A DNA stretch of 64,000 bases from Archaeoglobus sp. JdFR-37 (GCA_002010215.1 MTMY01000047.1:62001-126000); one strand, 5' to 3'; positions 10,375 through 20,887 are shown, counted from the first letter of the stretch. The notes: generated by a model from the letters alone, not told the origin. Translations and numbers: made by a program.

Positions 10375-10639
10375 CATCTCATAAAAATGTTTTGGATTTT
10401 GGTAATTAATTGTCTTTTCCTCGGATATACTCTTGCAGCATTTTTCAGACTTCCCAACCACTTTCAGTCATTTTCAACCCCTCCACTCATGCTCCTCTAT
10501 CTCCAGCATCCCGATTCTTGTTGAAATCACATAGAACTTCATGAGTTTGAATTTACGAGAGCATTGAGGTTATAGGAAAATCAATCAAGGATGAATTTAG
10601 AATAACTCTAAGAAAAGATAAATCTAAAAAACAACAGAA

Positions 10640-11038
10640 TTATGACGGTAATATATAGAAGGTGGCAGTTCCAAATGCGATTAGCTCTCCCTCTCCTCGC
10701 ACTTCCGCATAAGCTGTTGCAATGCTGGATTTTACAGAAATCACCTTTCCCTCTGCAATCAATTCTTTACTGGATGCGGGATTGATGAATTTTATGTCCA
10801 GCTCCACTGTAACCACCCTTTTACCCTCTCCCACCAGCAAGCTGTTTACTGCAAGTCCTGTGGCTGAATCTATCAGCGTTGCAATCATGCCCCCATGAAC
10901 TGTTCCGTATGCCTGAAGGTGTTCTTCACCAACTCCCACCCTCACAACTGCCTTCCCTTTTTCAGCCTTTGGTTCCATTCCCGTAAGCTGGTACCACCCA
11001 GAGCTTTTTACCTCTCTCAGGAAATTCTCGAAGTCCAT
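10640..11038 (-). CDS. PaaI-family hot-dog thioesterase
   Basis: GTVHGGMIATLIDSATG motif. Confidence 0.9.
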   Translation of the reverse strand: MDFENFLREVKSSGWYQLTGMEPKAEKGKAVVRVGVGEEHLQAYGTVHGGMIATLIDSATGLAVNSLLVGEGKRVVTVELDIKFINPASSKELIAEGKVISVKSSIATAYAEVRGEGELIAFGTATFYILPS

Positions 11039-11087
11039 GCAGATGGATATTCCAAAGCTTTTTAAAAACCCATGCTTACTGGCAGGT

Positions 11088-12089
11088 ATGGTAAATGTTG
11101 GGATAATAGGCGGAACAGGCTACACAGGCGGAGAACTGCTGCGGGTTCTTGCATTCCACAGCAAAGTGGAAGTTATGGCTGTAACATCCCGAAAAGAAGA
11201 AGGAAAAGAAGTATGGGAAATTCACCCATACTTAAAAGGATTTTACGACCTCAAATTTGTAAAGCCTGAACTGAGGTATTTTGAAGATTGTCAGCTTGTG
11301 TTCACTGCCGTTCCGCACGGAGAAGCGATGAGGTATGTTCCCCAGCTTCTCGATGCTGGCATCAGAGTCGTTGACCTATCAGCAGATTACAGGCTTGATA
11401 AAGAGACCTATGAGGGGGTTTACGGGCACAGACATGAGGGGTGGAGAGATGCAGTCTATGGTCTCCCTGAGCTCCACAGAGAGGAGATAAAGAAGGCTGA
11501 GCTTGTTGCAAACCCCGGCTGTTATCCTACAAGCACCATCTTGGCTGCAGCACCACTGGCTAAGATGGAGCTGATAGAGAGCGTCATATTCGACTCCAAG
11601 AGCGGTATAACGGGAGCTGGAGCTGAGCCAACCTCTTTTACTCACTACCCCAACCTTCATGAAGCCATAGTGCCCTATAAGATTGTATCTCACCGCCACT
11701 ACTACGAGATGGTTCAGGAGCTGAAAGCTTTTCAGGAAGACATCAGGATTCATTTTACTCCCCAGGTATTCCCGGGTTCAAGAGGTATTCTGACTAATGC
11801 TCACATCCTGCTGAGAGGAGAACTGGAAAAAGAGGAGCTGGAAAAAATTTACAAAGAATTCTACAGAGATTCACCCTTCATAAGACTTCAGGAAGAGGTT
11901 AGATTGAGTTACGTGAGAGGCAGCAATTTCTGCGACATCTCAGTCAATGTTGGTGGAGAGAGAGCGGTTATTATTTCAGCCATAGACAACCTTGTGAAGG
12001 GGGCAAGCGGGCAGGCAGTTCAGAACATGAACCTTATGCTGGGCTTTGATGAGGCTGACGGGTTGATGTTTCCTCCTTTGTTTCCGTGA
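11088..12089 (+). CDS. argC: N-acetyl-gamma-glutamyl-phosphate reductase
   Basis: GGTGYTGGEL, DLSADYR, ANPGCYPT and DNLVKGASGQAVQNMN motifs. Confidence 0.93.
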   Translation: MVNVGIIGGTGYTGGELLRVLAFHSKVEVMAVTSRKEEGKEVWEIHPYLKGFYDLKFVKPELRYFEDCQLVFTAVPHGEAMRYVPQLLDAGIRVVDLSADYRLDKETYEGVYGHRHEGWRDAVYGLPELHREEIKKAELVANPGCYPTSTILAAAPLAKMELIESVIFDSKSGITGAGAEPTSFTHYPNLHEAIVPYKIVSHRHYYEMVQELKAFQEDIRIHFTPQVFPGSRGILTNAHILLRGELEKEELEKIYKEFYRDSPFIRLQEEVRLSYVRGSNFCDISVNVGGERAVIISAIDNLVKGASGQAVQNMNLMLGFDEADGLMFPPLFP

Positions 12090-12111
12090 TGGCTGAATAG
12101 TTTATTAGATA

Positions 12112-13311
12112 GTGATCCGTATGGATGTTGGCATGATGGAAGTGGTCGAAATAACAAAGGAGCTCATAAGGATTGACACAAGAAATCCTCCTGGAGAGAC
12201 TGTGAGGGCTATTGAATTCCTTGAAGAGCTGTTTTCCTCCTTTAAAACAAAAATCTACGAGAAGGTGGAGGGTAAGCCCAGCTTAGTGGTGGATGTTGCA
12301 AAGGCTTCTAAAGGGAGCCCTGAAATCATGCTCACTAGCCACCTCGATACAGTTCCATCTCCAGATGAGCTCCTTAACCCAATTATAGCTGATGGGAGGC
12401 TTTACGGCAGGGGAGCATGTGATGCGAAGGGCTGTGTTGCAGCAATGATTGTGGCAGCCTTTGAGTATCTTGAGCACCTTGAACACACAGAAGATCCAAG
12501 AAATGCCGCACTGAAGCTGGCTTTTACGAGTGATGAGGAAGTAGGTGGTGTTAATGGTCTCGGCCACGTTTTCAGGCATGAAAAAAGCGATTTTGTCATC
12601 ATAGGCGAGCCCCTAGGGATGGGATATGTGGGAGTTCTGCAGGCATGTGTCGTCAGCGCTGACCTCACCTTCAAGGGGGAAAGCGGACATACTGCCACAA
12701 AAGATGCCAGCGAAGGGGCAATATACAGGGCGGCAGAATACATTATATCCAAGGTTGAGGAGTTCTCCAGATTGAACGGCAGTTATTCAAGTATAAAAGA
12801 GAGATTCTCTAGAATTGGATACGATTTCGAAATTCGGGGAGTTTCTCATGCTGTCTTCAACCCATCAGTCATTTCTGGGGGGACAAAGAGGAATGTTGTA
12901 GCAGACAGCTGCAGAGTGGAAGCGGACATCAGGTTTGCCCCGTGGATACCCAAAGATGAGGTAAGAAAGGTTCTGCGGGAAGAGGGTGTAGAGATAAAGA
13001 TTAATGGAGTTCTCGAACCCTACGGCGTTTTTATGGATGAAGTTCAGGAAGAGGACGACCTGAAGCTTTTGAACGCCATAAAAAGGGTTTATGAAAGAGG
13101 AGGAGTTGCTGCTGTGGCTCTTTTCTCCCTAGGTGTGGGAGATACGAGACACGTCAGAAAGTACGGGGTTCCGGCGGTGTATCTGGGCCCTGGAGGAGGA
13201 GAACTCCACGGGAAGAACGAATACGTCAATCTAAATGAACTGAAGGAGTTTCCCTCTGTATATGTTGATGTGATAACTGAGCTGGCAAAAGAGGTTACTT
13301 CAGGAAGATAA
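12112..13311 (+). CDS. M20-family metallo-hydrolase (ArgE/DapE-like, probable acetylornithine deacetylase)
   Basis: SHLDTV, GRGACDAKG, DEE, GEP and H..NE motifs; directly downstream of argC. Confidence 0.8.
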   Translation: MIRMDVGMMEVVEITKELIRIDTRNPPGETVRAIEFLEELFSSFKTKIYEKVEGKPSLVVDVAKASKGSPEIMLTSHLDTVPSPDELLNPIIADGRLYGRGACDAKGCVAAMIVAAFEYLEHLEHTEDPRNAALKLAFTSDEEVGGVNGLGHVFRHEKSDFVIIGEPLGMGYVGVLQACVVSADLTFKGESGHTATKDASEGAIYRAAEYIISKVEEFSRLNGSYSSIKERFSRIGYDFEIRGVSHAVFNPSVISGGTKRNVVADSCRVEADIRFAPWIPKDEVRKVLREEGVEIKINGVLEPYGVFMDEVQEEDDLKLLNAIKRVYERGGVAAVALFSLGVGDTRHVRKYGVPAVYLGPGGGELHGKNEYVNLNELKEFPSVYVDVITELAKEVTSGR

Positions 13312-13951
13312 TGTTTCCTCTACCTTTCTTCACCTTCTCAATTATTCCTCTTCTCTCCAGATCTGCGATTATCAGACTCATTTTTGCCTCACTATAACCA
13401 AGCCTTTTCCGAAGTTCTTTCTGAGTTATCCTCCCACCTACCTTCTTTATCTCTTCTAGTACCTCGTTCAGTTCTTCAGGGAGCGGCTCCGCCTCTTCCC
13501 CCTCAAACTGGACAGTTCTTCTCTTATAAAGATACACTACAGCAACCACAATAAGGGCGAGGATGAAGGGAATAGCATACATGAAGTAATTCGTCCCTTC
13601 ATCAACCAGATAGAATTCCGGCTCCACCGGAGTTTCAATCTGGGGGAGCGGCGGGAAGAGGATGAGATCGAGAACGAACTCTCCTTCGGTATCAATGGAA
13701 ACAATTTCCTCAGCCTCAAGCTGAATTTTACCGTTCTTCATGTAGTAGGCTTTGATGGAGTAAATCCCGGGAGTTACGGTGAAAGAATAGCTACCATCTG
13801 CTGCAACGTAACGCTGAGGAGGTGTTGTGTTTATCTCCACCACTGCATTCTTCAAAATATCCAGAGTTTCCCAGGAGTAAACCTTACCCTGAATAACTGC
13901 AGCATCGGCAGGGAATATCAGCAAGAGCAGTACTATTAGCACGAATCTCAT
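13295..13951 (-). CDS. Membrane-anchored protein with extracellular beta-domain and cytoplasmic wHTH (COG2512-like)
   Basis: Signal peptide, single TM, and C-terminal GGRITQKELRKRLGYSEAKMSL...LERRG..KKGRGN HTH. Confidence 0.75.
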   Translation of the reverse strand: MRFVLIVLLLLIFPADAAVIQGKVYSWETLDILKNAVVEINTTPPQRYVAADGSYSFTVTPGIYSIKAYYMKNGKIQLEAEEIVSIDTEGEFVLDLILFPPLPQIETPVEPEFYLVDEGTNYFMYAIPFILALIVVAVVYLYKRRTVQFEGEEAEPLPEELNEVLEEIKKVGGRITQKELRKRLGYSEAKMSLIIADLERRGIIEKVKKGRGNIIFLK

Positions 13952-13992
13952 TCTTAATAAATAAAATAAAGAAGATAAATAAGTCTTGCGGT

Positions 13993-15882
13993 TTACTTAA
14001 CCCAGCTTGGCATCACACCCCATTCGATGCCGAAAATCAGCGGTACTAGGAAGTAACTGAAGAGGGTGACGATCAGAATGCCTATTATGTTCATCAACAG
14101 TCCGTTTCTGGCCATTTGGGGGACGGTAACGTAGCCGGTACCGAACACTATTGCATTTGGAGGCGTTGCGACGGGCAGCATGAAGGCATAGCTGGCAGCT
14201 ATAGCTGCAGAAATCATGAAAGCTCTTGGGTCTTCCCCCATAGCCAAGGCGAAAGCAGCCATTATCGGCATCATTAGTGTTGTTATTGCAGTGTTGGATG
14301 TAAGCTCTGTGAGGAAAATCACCAGAATTACCACTGCTGCCAGAACGAGAATTAATGGAAATCCTTTCAGGAACGTCAATTGCTCCCCAATCCAGGCAGC
14401 AAGTCCGCTCTTTGTAAAAGCTGAAGACAGAGCTATGCCGCCGCCGAACAGCAACAGAATTCCCCACGGGATGTCCTTTGCATGATCCCAGTCAAGGACG
14501 AACTCACCTCTCTTCAAGTCCACCGGGATGAGGAACAGTGCGATGGCTGCAATCATCGCTATAACGTAGTCGTTGACGAAGGGCAGCCAGGTGGTGATGC
14601 CGGGGATTGTTATGTCTCCTATGGTCTTGGGCTTGCTGCTTATCCAGGCCAGTGCTGTGAGGGCAAAGACAGCCAGAACTACTTTCTCCCCCTTGCTCCA
14701 CGGCCCTAGCTTCCTTTTCTCTTGGGTGATAATCTCCCTGCCTCCTGGAAGCGTGTCGATTTCTGGGGGATTGAGTATATAGACCATGACGAACCATGCG
14801 ATAAAGAGTGTCAACCAGGCAGTCGGGATGCCCACAGCTAGCCAGTCGGTGAATGTTATTTCAGGCGCCTCGGGGAATAGTTTGGGCAATGTTCCTGCCA
14901 GTATGGCGTTTGGTGGTGTACCGATGAGGGTTGACACTCCCCCAATAGATGCTGCATAGGCAATCCCCAGCATAAGGGCTGTTCCGAACCTGAAGTTCCC
15001 AGCCCTGAAATCAACGCCCTTAAACTTCCCCCTCTTCTGCAACTCCATCCCAACACTTGCCACGTGGAGGATTATTGCCAAAGCAATAGGCATCATCATC
15101 ATGGTCGTCGCCGTGTTGGATATCCACATGCTGAGGAAAGCCGTTGCCACCATGAACCCCAGCACTATTTTGCGGGGGCTGACGCCTATCGCATCGATTA
15201 TTATCAGAGCCAGTCTCTTATGGAGGTTCCACTTCATCATTGCTGCTGCTATCATAAAGCCGCCCATGAACAGAAAGATGATTTTGCTTGCATAGCTTTT
15301 AGCAACGTTGTCAATTTTGTCGACACCAAAGAAAGGCAGAACTACGAGGGGCAGCAGTGCTGTTGCTGGAAGAGGAATTGCTTCGCCAACCCACCACACA
15401 GCCATCAGAATTGCCAGAGCAAGAACGTATTTCATGTCTCTTGCTTTCTTTAGAATTTCTGAGTGAGCTTTACCATCAACACCCTTCAACCATTCCATGA
15501 AGGTGGCGCTGTCCACAGCTTTCAGCTTCTTCCCTTCTTTAACCAGATATCCTGAGCTTATTGCCTGAGTTATTATTTCATCGGACAGCTTTGCATTGGA
15601 GATGGCTGAATCTACAAAGGTTTGCGGAACAGGCATGGCAACAACTGCCAGAAACAGCAGAATTCCAAGAACCAGTGAAATTTTCTGTCTGGTAGTGTAT
15701 TTGTGTCCATCAGGTTTTCTCTGAGTCAGAACGTCACCAAGCCCACCCTCGTCAATCTGCTCTTCAACTTCTTCCATTATCTTTTGCTTCATCTGTTCTT
15801 CGCTGGCAACATCTGCATTGGCCTTGGATCTGTTCAATTTCCAGATCCGGTTGGTAACATTAAAAGCGTCCATTTCAGACAC
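13993..15882 (-). CDS. DASS/SLC13 Na+:di/tricarboxylate symporter
   Basis: SMWISNTAT, GTPPNA, LTSNTA and PVATPPNAIV motifs. Confidence 0.92.
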   Translation of the reverse strand: MSEMDAFNVTNRIWKLNRSKANADVASEEQMKQKIMEEVEEQIDEGGLGDVLTQRKPDGHKYTTRQKISLVLGILLFLAVVAMPVPQTFVDSAISNAKLSDEIITQAISSGYLVKEGKKLKAVDSATFMEWLKGVDGKAHSEILKKARDMKYVLALAILMAVWWVGEAIPLPATALLPLVVLPFFGVDKIDNVAKSYASKIIFLFMGGFMIAAAMMKWNLHKRLALIIIDAIGVSPRKIVLGFMVATAFLSMWISNTATTMMMMPIALAIILHVASVGMELQKRGKFKGVDFRAGNFRFGTALMLGIAYAASIGGVSTLIGTPPNAILAGTLPKLFPEAPEITFTDWLAVGIPTAWLTLFIAWFVMVYILNPPEIDTLPGGREIITQEKRKLGPWSKGEKVVLAVFALTALAWISSKPKTIGDITIPGITTWLPFVNDYVIAMIAAIALFLIPVDLKRGEFVLDWDHAKDIPWGILLLFGGGIALSSAFTKSGLAAWIGEQLTFLKGFPLILVLAAVVILVIFLTELTSNTAITTLMMPIMAAFALAMGEDPRAFMISAAIAASYAFMLPVATPPNAIVFGTGYVTVPQMARNGLLMNIIGILIVTLFSYFLVPLIFGIEWGVMPSWVK

Positions 15883-16076
15883 CGGCCGGAGACCTCAACT
15901 AAAAATATTTAAAATTTATTATTCATGATTAATACAAAATATAGAGCTGTTCACAACTTTTATTACATTGGTAGTGATCCTCATATATTAATATTTTAAA
16001 TTGAGCTCGTGATCGATATGTCATTAACAGCTAAGTAGATATATGGGCTAAATCAACCAAATACAGGTGTTTGGGT

Positions 16077-16499
16077 ATGAAAGAGTCTCTACAACCTGGC
16101 ATTCAGCACCAGCTGAAGTATCGGGTACCTGTGCACAAAACTGTACCGGCTCTCTTCCCTGAATCGCCGGAGTTCCAGGCCATGCCAGAAGTTTTCGCCA
16201 CAGGTTTTATGGTGGGGCTGGTGGAATGGACGTGTATTCAGGCTGTTAATCCCTATCTCGACTGGCCACGGGAGCAGACTGTGGGTGTGCACGTAAATCT
16301 GAGTCACGAAGCCCCAACACCTCCTGGCCTTGAAGTGACTGTTCGGGTCAAGCTTGTGGAAGTGGATGGAAGACGACTTGTGTTTGAGGTAAAAGCGGAC
16401 GATGGTGTGGATGTCATCTGTCGTGGAACTCACGAGCGCTTCATTATTAACTTTGATCGCTTCATGCAGAAAGTTGCCAGTAAACGGGAGATGATCTGA
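16077..16499 (+). CDS. Fluoroacetyl-CoA thioesterase (FlK)-family hot-dog protein
   Basis: VFATGFMVGLVEWTC, TVGVHVNLSH.APTP.G and GTHERFI motifs. Confidence 0.85.
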   Translation: MKESLQPGIQHQLKYRVPVHKTVPALFPESPEFQAMPEVFATGFMVGLVEWTCIQAVNPYLDWPREQTVGVHVNLSHEAPTPPGLEVTVRVKLVEVDGRRLVFEVKADDGVDVICRGTHERFIINFDRFMQKVASKREMI

Positions 16500-16611
16500 G
16501 AAAGTTTCGTTTCAGGAAAGTTTCAGGAAAATAATTAAGCGAGCCAGTGAGAGATAAAGGAGGTGAGCTGAGCAGAAGCTTTAAATCGTAAAAATCTGAG
16601 CCCAAAACCCT

Positions 16612-17139
16612 TTAAATCATCTTCTGAATCCTCAACTTACCGTAACTCTCTCGAATCTCCACTTCCTCCCCCTGCCCCTCAAAAATTCCTGACAAAAAAA
16701 CCTTCAGAAATTTTGCCTCTGAAGGACAAGAGAGTATGAGGGTGTATTTGCCCTCACCATCCACCTTTATCCTGAAGAAGTTGCCAGCTTCCATGTATCG
16801 CAGTACACTATAGATATCCTTCAGCCCCTTGTCTGCGTACTGAATCCCATGCTCAATTCCCGACCTCTTTATGATATCCCAAAAATCCTCCGAAGCTTTA
16901 TCGTTCAACTCTTCCCATATGACTGCCCAGTGCTCAATGTCAACGATGCAGTGCTCTCCCGCTGAAAGAAAGTCAGTATAGATTTTTACAAGCTCTTTTG
17001 TAGCATCATCCATACCTTCTAGCTCAAAATAGACCTTGAGCGCTCTTCTTACTATTTCGGACGCTGAAATGCCCTTCTTCTTTGCCAGAATTCTGAGCAT
17101 CTCTAATGATTTGCTGTCAAGGTTGACGGATGTTCGCAT
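16612..17139 (-). CDS. Ribbon-helix-helix (CopG-like) regulator with C-terminal putative ligand-binding domain
   Basis: RTSVNLD...L..LAKKKGISASEIVRRAL is an RHH; divergent from the malic enzyme gene. Confidence 0.75.
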   Translation of the reverse strand: MRTSVNLDSKSLEMLRILAKKKGISASEIVRRALKVYFELEGMDDATKELVKIYTDFLSAGEHCIVDIEHWAVIWEELNDKASEDFWDIIKRSGIEHGIQYADKGLKDIYSVLRYMEAGNFFRIKVDGEGKYTLILSCPSEAKFLKVFLSGIFEGQGEEVEIRESYGKLRIQKMI

Positions 17140-17255
17140 GAGGGTGAGGGGAGAAGTATATCCTATAAAAGTTATGCTAAATTACTACCAATTGTTAACA
17201 CGTGGCAAGTTTTCGGAGAAAGTATTATTACGTTTCACAACATCCCCAAATGCTT

Positions 17256-18575
17256 ATGGAATTAGATTTCGAAAAGAAGTTGATAGAGGAAGCAAACAGA
17301 GCAGAAAAACTTGCTCCTGAGCTCCATAGTAGGTATCACGGTAAAATAGAGATTTTTCCCAAGTGCCCTATACGAGGCTTGGAAGATTTTGCGGTATGGT
17401 ACACTCCAGGCGTCGCTGCGGTGTGCAGAGAAATCGCAGAGGATGAGGACAAAGCCTTTGATTATACCAATAAATCCAACACCGTTGCAATAGCCACTGA
17501 CGGCTCTAGGACTCTTGGTTTGGGAAATATAGGGGCTACAGCATCACTTCCCGTCATGGAGGGTAAAGCTCTGCTCTTCAAGTATCTGGGGGGTGTTGAT
17601 GCGTTTCCTCTTGTTATCCAGCAGCAGGAGCCCGAGAAATTTGTGGAGATTGTGAGGGCTGTGTCTGCAGGTTTTGGGGGGATAAACCTTGAGGACATAG
17701 CTACGCCAAAATGCTTCCACATCCTCGAGAGGCTAAAACAAGAGTTGAGCATCCCGGTGTGGCATGATGACCAGCATGGGACAGCTACAGCCACGCTGGC
17801 AGCACTGATAAATGCTCTTAAGGTGGTAGGAAAGAGGAAGGAGGAGGTTAGAATAGTAGTATTCGGTGTTGGTGCTGCAAACTACGCAACCATAAACCTG
17901 CTGATTGCAGCAGGGTTTAATTCGGGAAACATACTGGCTGTTGACAGCCGTGGAATACTTGGAAGGCATCGAGATGATTTGAAAGGCAGCTACAAGTGGA
18001 GAATCTGCGAGATTACCAATGCAGATGGGATTGAGGGCGGAGTTGATGTGGCCTTAAAGGGTGCTGATGTTCTTATAGCTGCCTCAAAACCCGGGCCGGG
18101 TGTAATCAGGAAAGAGTGGATTTCAGAAATGAATGATGATGCCATCGTTTTTGCCCTCGCCAACCCAGTTCCAGAAATTTACCCATGGGATGCTAAGGAA
18201 GCTGGAGCGAGAATCGTTGCAACAGGGAGGAGCGACTTTCCCAATCAGGTGAACAATAGCTTAGTTTTTCCAGCACTCTTTAGGGGTGTTCTGGATGTTC
18301 GTGCGAAGGGGATTACAGAGGAGATGGCAGTGGAGGCTGCCTTAACCCTTGCCAGATTTGCCGAAGAAAAAGGGCTAGGCGAAGAGCACATAATACCCGA
18401 TATGATGGAAACTGAAGTCTTCCCCATGGTTGCTGCTGCTGTGGGAGTCAAAGCAATCCAGCTTGGAATTGCAAGAAGGGAAATGAGCTTTGAGGAGCTA
18501 AGAGAGGAGGCAGAAAGGAAAATTATGGTGTCAGGGAGGAAGCTGAAAGTGCTGATGGATAGCGGGCTTGTTTAG
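17256..18575 (+). CDS. mae: NAD(P)-dependent malic enzyme
   Basis: YTPGVA, VMEGKALLFK, INLEDI, HDDQHGT, FALANP and TGRSDFPNQVNN motifs. Confidence 0.93.
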   Translation: MELDFEKKLIEEANRAEKLAPELHSRYHGKIEIFPKCPIRGLEDFAVWYTPGVAAVCREIAEDEDKAFDYTNKSNTVAIATDGSRTLGLGNIGATASLPVMEGKALLFKYLGGVDAFPLVIQQQEPEKFVEIVRAVSAGFGGINLEDIATPKCFHILERLKQELSIPVWHDDQHGTATATLAALINALKVVGKRKEEVRIVVFGVGAANYATINLLIAAGFNSGNILAVDSRGILGRHRDDLKGSYKWRICEITNADGIEGGVDVALKGADVLIAASKPGPGVIRKEWISEMNDDAIVFALANPVPEIYPWDAKEAGARIVATGRSDFPNQVNNSLVFPALFRGVLDVRAKGITEEMAVEAALTLARFAEEKGLGEEHIIPDMMETEVFPMVAAAVGVKAIQLGIARREMSFEELREEAERKIMVSGRKLKVLMDSGLV

Positions 18576-18856
18576 CCATTGATTTTTAATTGTAAACCAT
18601 TTAGCCCGTTTTTAGCCCACCCACCGTTCCCAAGCTTCATTCTGACAGTACATTCTAAATCTCATTAAATGAACCGAAATGAAACTCAGAGATGGCGGAG
18701 GGGCAGGGTGAGCGGGAGAAATGAAAGTTACCTTAAGTGAACCTTAAAGTGAAACGTGAGAATAATTTGAGATAGGAGAATAAACCAGAAGGGCGATATA
18801 TTTATTAACTGTCCCACTGCCCCAACATCAATTCACGCTAACAGAGGTGTAAAAAG

Positions 18857-19432
18857 ATGAAATCCGCATACACTTACATCAGAGAAGCCTGGAAAAAGCC
18901 TTGGGATGGTTACGTGGGCGAGCTGATGTGGTTGAGGTTGCAGAAGTGGAGAAGAGAGGGAGCGGTTGTCAGGCTGGAGAGACCAACCAGGCTTGACAGG
19001 GCCAGAGCTCTTGGCTACAAGGCAAAGAAAGGAATAATTGTTGTTAGGGTCAGGGTCAGAAGGGGTGGAAGGTACGTCAGGAGACCCAACAAGGGCAGAA
19101 AGACGAAGGGATTGGTTGTACACAGAAGAACGCCCAAGAAGAGCCTTCAGTGGATTGCAGAAGAGAGGGCAGCAAGAAGACATCCCAATATGGAAGTGCT
19201 CAATTCCTACTGGGTTGGAGAAGATGGAAAATACAAGTGGTTTGAAGTAATACTGATTGACAGGAACCATCCAGCCATAGTCAACGACCCGCAGCTTGGC
19301 TGGATATCTACCAAGAAGGGTAGAGTCTTCAGAGGCCTCACCTCTGCAGGCAGAAAGTCGAGAGGGTTGCGAAGAAAAGGCAGAGGTGCTGAGAAAGTCA
19401 GGCCAAGCCTGAGGGCCAACTTCAGGAAGTAA
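18857..19432 (+). CDS. rpl15e: 50S ribosomal protein L15e
   Basis: [28 protein letters not shown] and FRGLTSAG motifs. Confidence 0.98.
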   Translation: MKSAYTYIREAWKKPWDGYVGELMWLRLQKWRREGAVVRLERPTRLDRARALGYKAKKGIIVVRVRVRRGGRYVRRPNKGRKTKGLVVHRRTPKKSLQWIAEERAARRHPNMEVLNSYWVGEDGKYKWFEVILIDRNHPAIVNDPQLGWISTKKGRVFRGLTSAGRKSRGLRRKGRGAEKVRPSLRANFRK

Positions 19433-19445
19433 TTCTTCTATTTTT

Positions 19446-19904
19446 ATGAAGATTGAAAGAATTAACGTTAACGCTGTTGTTTACTCCACAGAGGATATGG
19501 AAAAGGTCGGAGAAGCCATAGCTACCCTTTTTCCATTCGAGTTTGAAATAGAAATTACAGATGCAACCGGCCACTACGGAAATCCCCTGAAATTTCTGGA
19601 AGTAAAACTGACGAAAAAAAGAGAAATCCAAGAGTTCTTGGAACACTTCGTATCCTCCTTAAGCGAAGAGGATATCCAGTATCTGCTAGAGACTCTTGAA
19701 GACAGAGTGGATGAGGAGGGAGTGCTACACCTCAGAATAGACAAGCAGAGGGCGTATCTCGGGGAGTTAGGAATTGTGGAGAGGGGAGATGCAATAGTAG
19801 TACGAATCAAAATCGTCACTTATCCTGCCAAGCGAGAGAAAATTATAGAAGCTGCAAGGAACCTCATCCGGATCAGTTTTGCTCCCCAGAACACACAGGG
19901 TTGA
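19446..19904 (+). CDS. DUF54/COG1325 RNA-binding protein (exosome superoperon)
   Basis: YSTED..KV, GHYGNP and LRIDKQRAY motifs; conserved position after rpl15e. Confidence 0.85.
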   Translation: MKIERINVNAVVYSTEDMEKVGEAIATLFPFEFEIEITDATGHYGNPLKFLEVKLTKKREIQEFLEHFVSSLSEEDIQYLLETLEDRVDEEGVLHLRIDKQRAYLGELGIVERGDAIVVRIKIVTYPAKREKIIEAARNLIRISFAPQNTQG

Positions 19905-19910
19905 TCTTCG

Positions 19911-20534
19911 ATGCAAATTGATTTTCTGCGCTTCACGCCAGATAAAGAGTTCCTAAAATGTCTTGGATTTGAAAATGCAGTTGTTTTTGCTGAGAATGGG
20001 GATTTAGAGGGATATGAGAACCACAGTTATGTGAAAGGAGAAATTATAAGACCGGAAAATCCAGAAGATTTGAGAAAAAAGCTCAGAAAAGTAAGCAGAA
20101 AGAGTGTTGTAGGGGTTGAAAGCAACAGCATTTCCATAAATAGAGAGGCTGTGACAAGAAGAAGGGTCGATGTAATTCTGGACTCTGTGGGGCGGAGAAT
20201 CGACTATGTCACCGTAAAGCTTGCCGCAGAAAAGGATGTTGTTATAGAAGTTTGTCTCTCCAAGTTCCTACTAACTAAAGGTGCAAGAAGGATGAGATTG
20301 CTGAGAGAGACAGAGGAGCTTCTTCGTTTAATAAAAAAGTTTGATACACCATTCGTTATCACCTCTGGGGCCTCAAACATTTACGAGATCAGAAGCGCCA
20401 GGCAACTGAGGGATTTCTTCTCATTTCTGGGTGCTGAGATCAAAAAAGCCGAAAAACATGCAGAGATACTCTTCAGGAAGTTTGCTGACGCAAATTTCAT
20501 AATGAATGGGCTCGAAATCGAAGAGAGACCATGA
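19911..20534 (+). CDS. rnp3: RNase P protein component 3 (Rpp30)
   Basis: NREAV, A.EKDV.IE and VITSGA.N.YEIRS motifs; synteny. Confidence 0.88.
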   Translation: MQIDFLRFTPDKEFLKCLGFENAVVFAENGDLEGYENHSYVKGEIIRPENPEDLRKKLRKVSRKSVVGVESNSISINREAVTRRRVDVILDSVGRRIDYVTVKLAAEKDVVIEVCLSKFLLTKGARRMRLLRETEELLRLIKKFDTPFVITSGASNIYEIRSARQLRDFFSFLGAEIKKAEKHAEILFRKFADANFIMNGLEIEERP

Positions 20535-20887
20535 AAGGTTTGCCACCCTCACTTCGTAAGAGAAAAAGATATATTGCGTTCCACTTGATAGCTGAAGACA
20601 GAGTAAGCAAAGTGGATCTCAGCAGGGCACTGCTTGACGAGTTGCTGTCTCTCTTCGGGGAATGGGGAGCAGACGAAGTGTGGTTGGAATACTTTGATGG
20701 CGAACTTGGCATAGTTGGATGTTACCACGCATCCTTGGAGAAAGTTAAAGTAGCTATAACTCTCATGAGCAGAGTAGGAGAAGTGAAGGTAAATCCCGTA
20801 GTCCTAGGAGTCAGCGGGACAATAAAAAGGTGTAAGAAAAAATACTTGGAGGTGTTGAAAGGTGCATCTTCCGCAAATGGGTTATGA
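20531..20887 (+). CDS. rnp2: RNase P protein component 2 (Pop5/Rpp14)
   Basis: [14 protein letters not shown] and GVSGTIKR motifs. Confidence 0.93.
   Translation: MKGLPPSLRKRKRYIAFHLIAEDRVSKVDLSRALLDELLSLFGEWGADEVWLEYFDGELGIVGCYHASLEKVKVAITLMSRVGEVKVNPVVLGVSGTIKRCKKKYLEVLKGASSANGL

Noticed and set aside
10520..10552. GTTGAAATCA, similar to the start of an Archaeoglobus-type CRISPR repeat
   Set aside because: Single 10-bp match with no second copy.
18576..18856. 280-bp spacer with a C-rich left part and G-rich right part, possible ncRNA or MITE
   Set aside because: Could not establish a convincing stem, terminal inverted repeats, or C/D boxes by eye.
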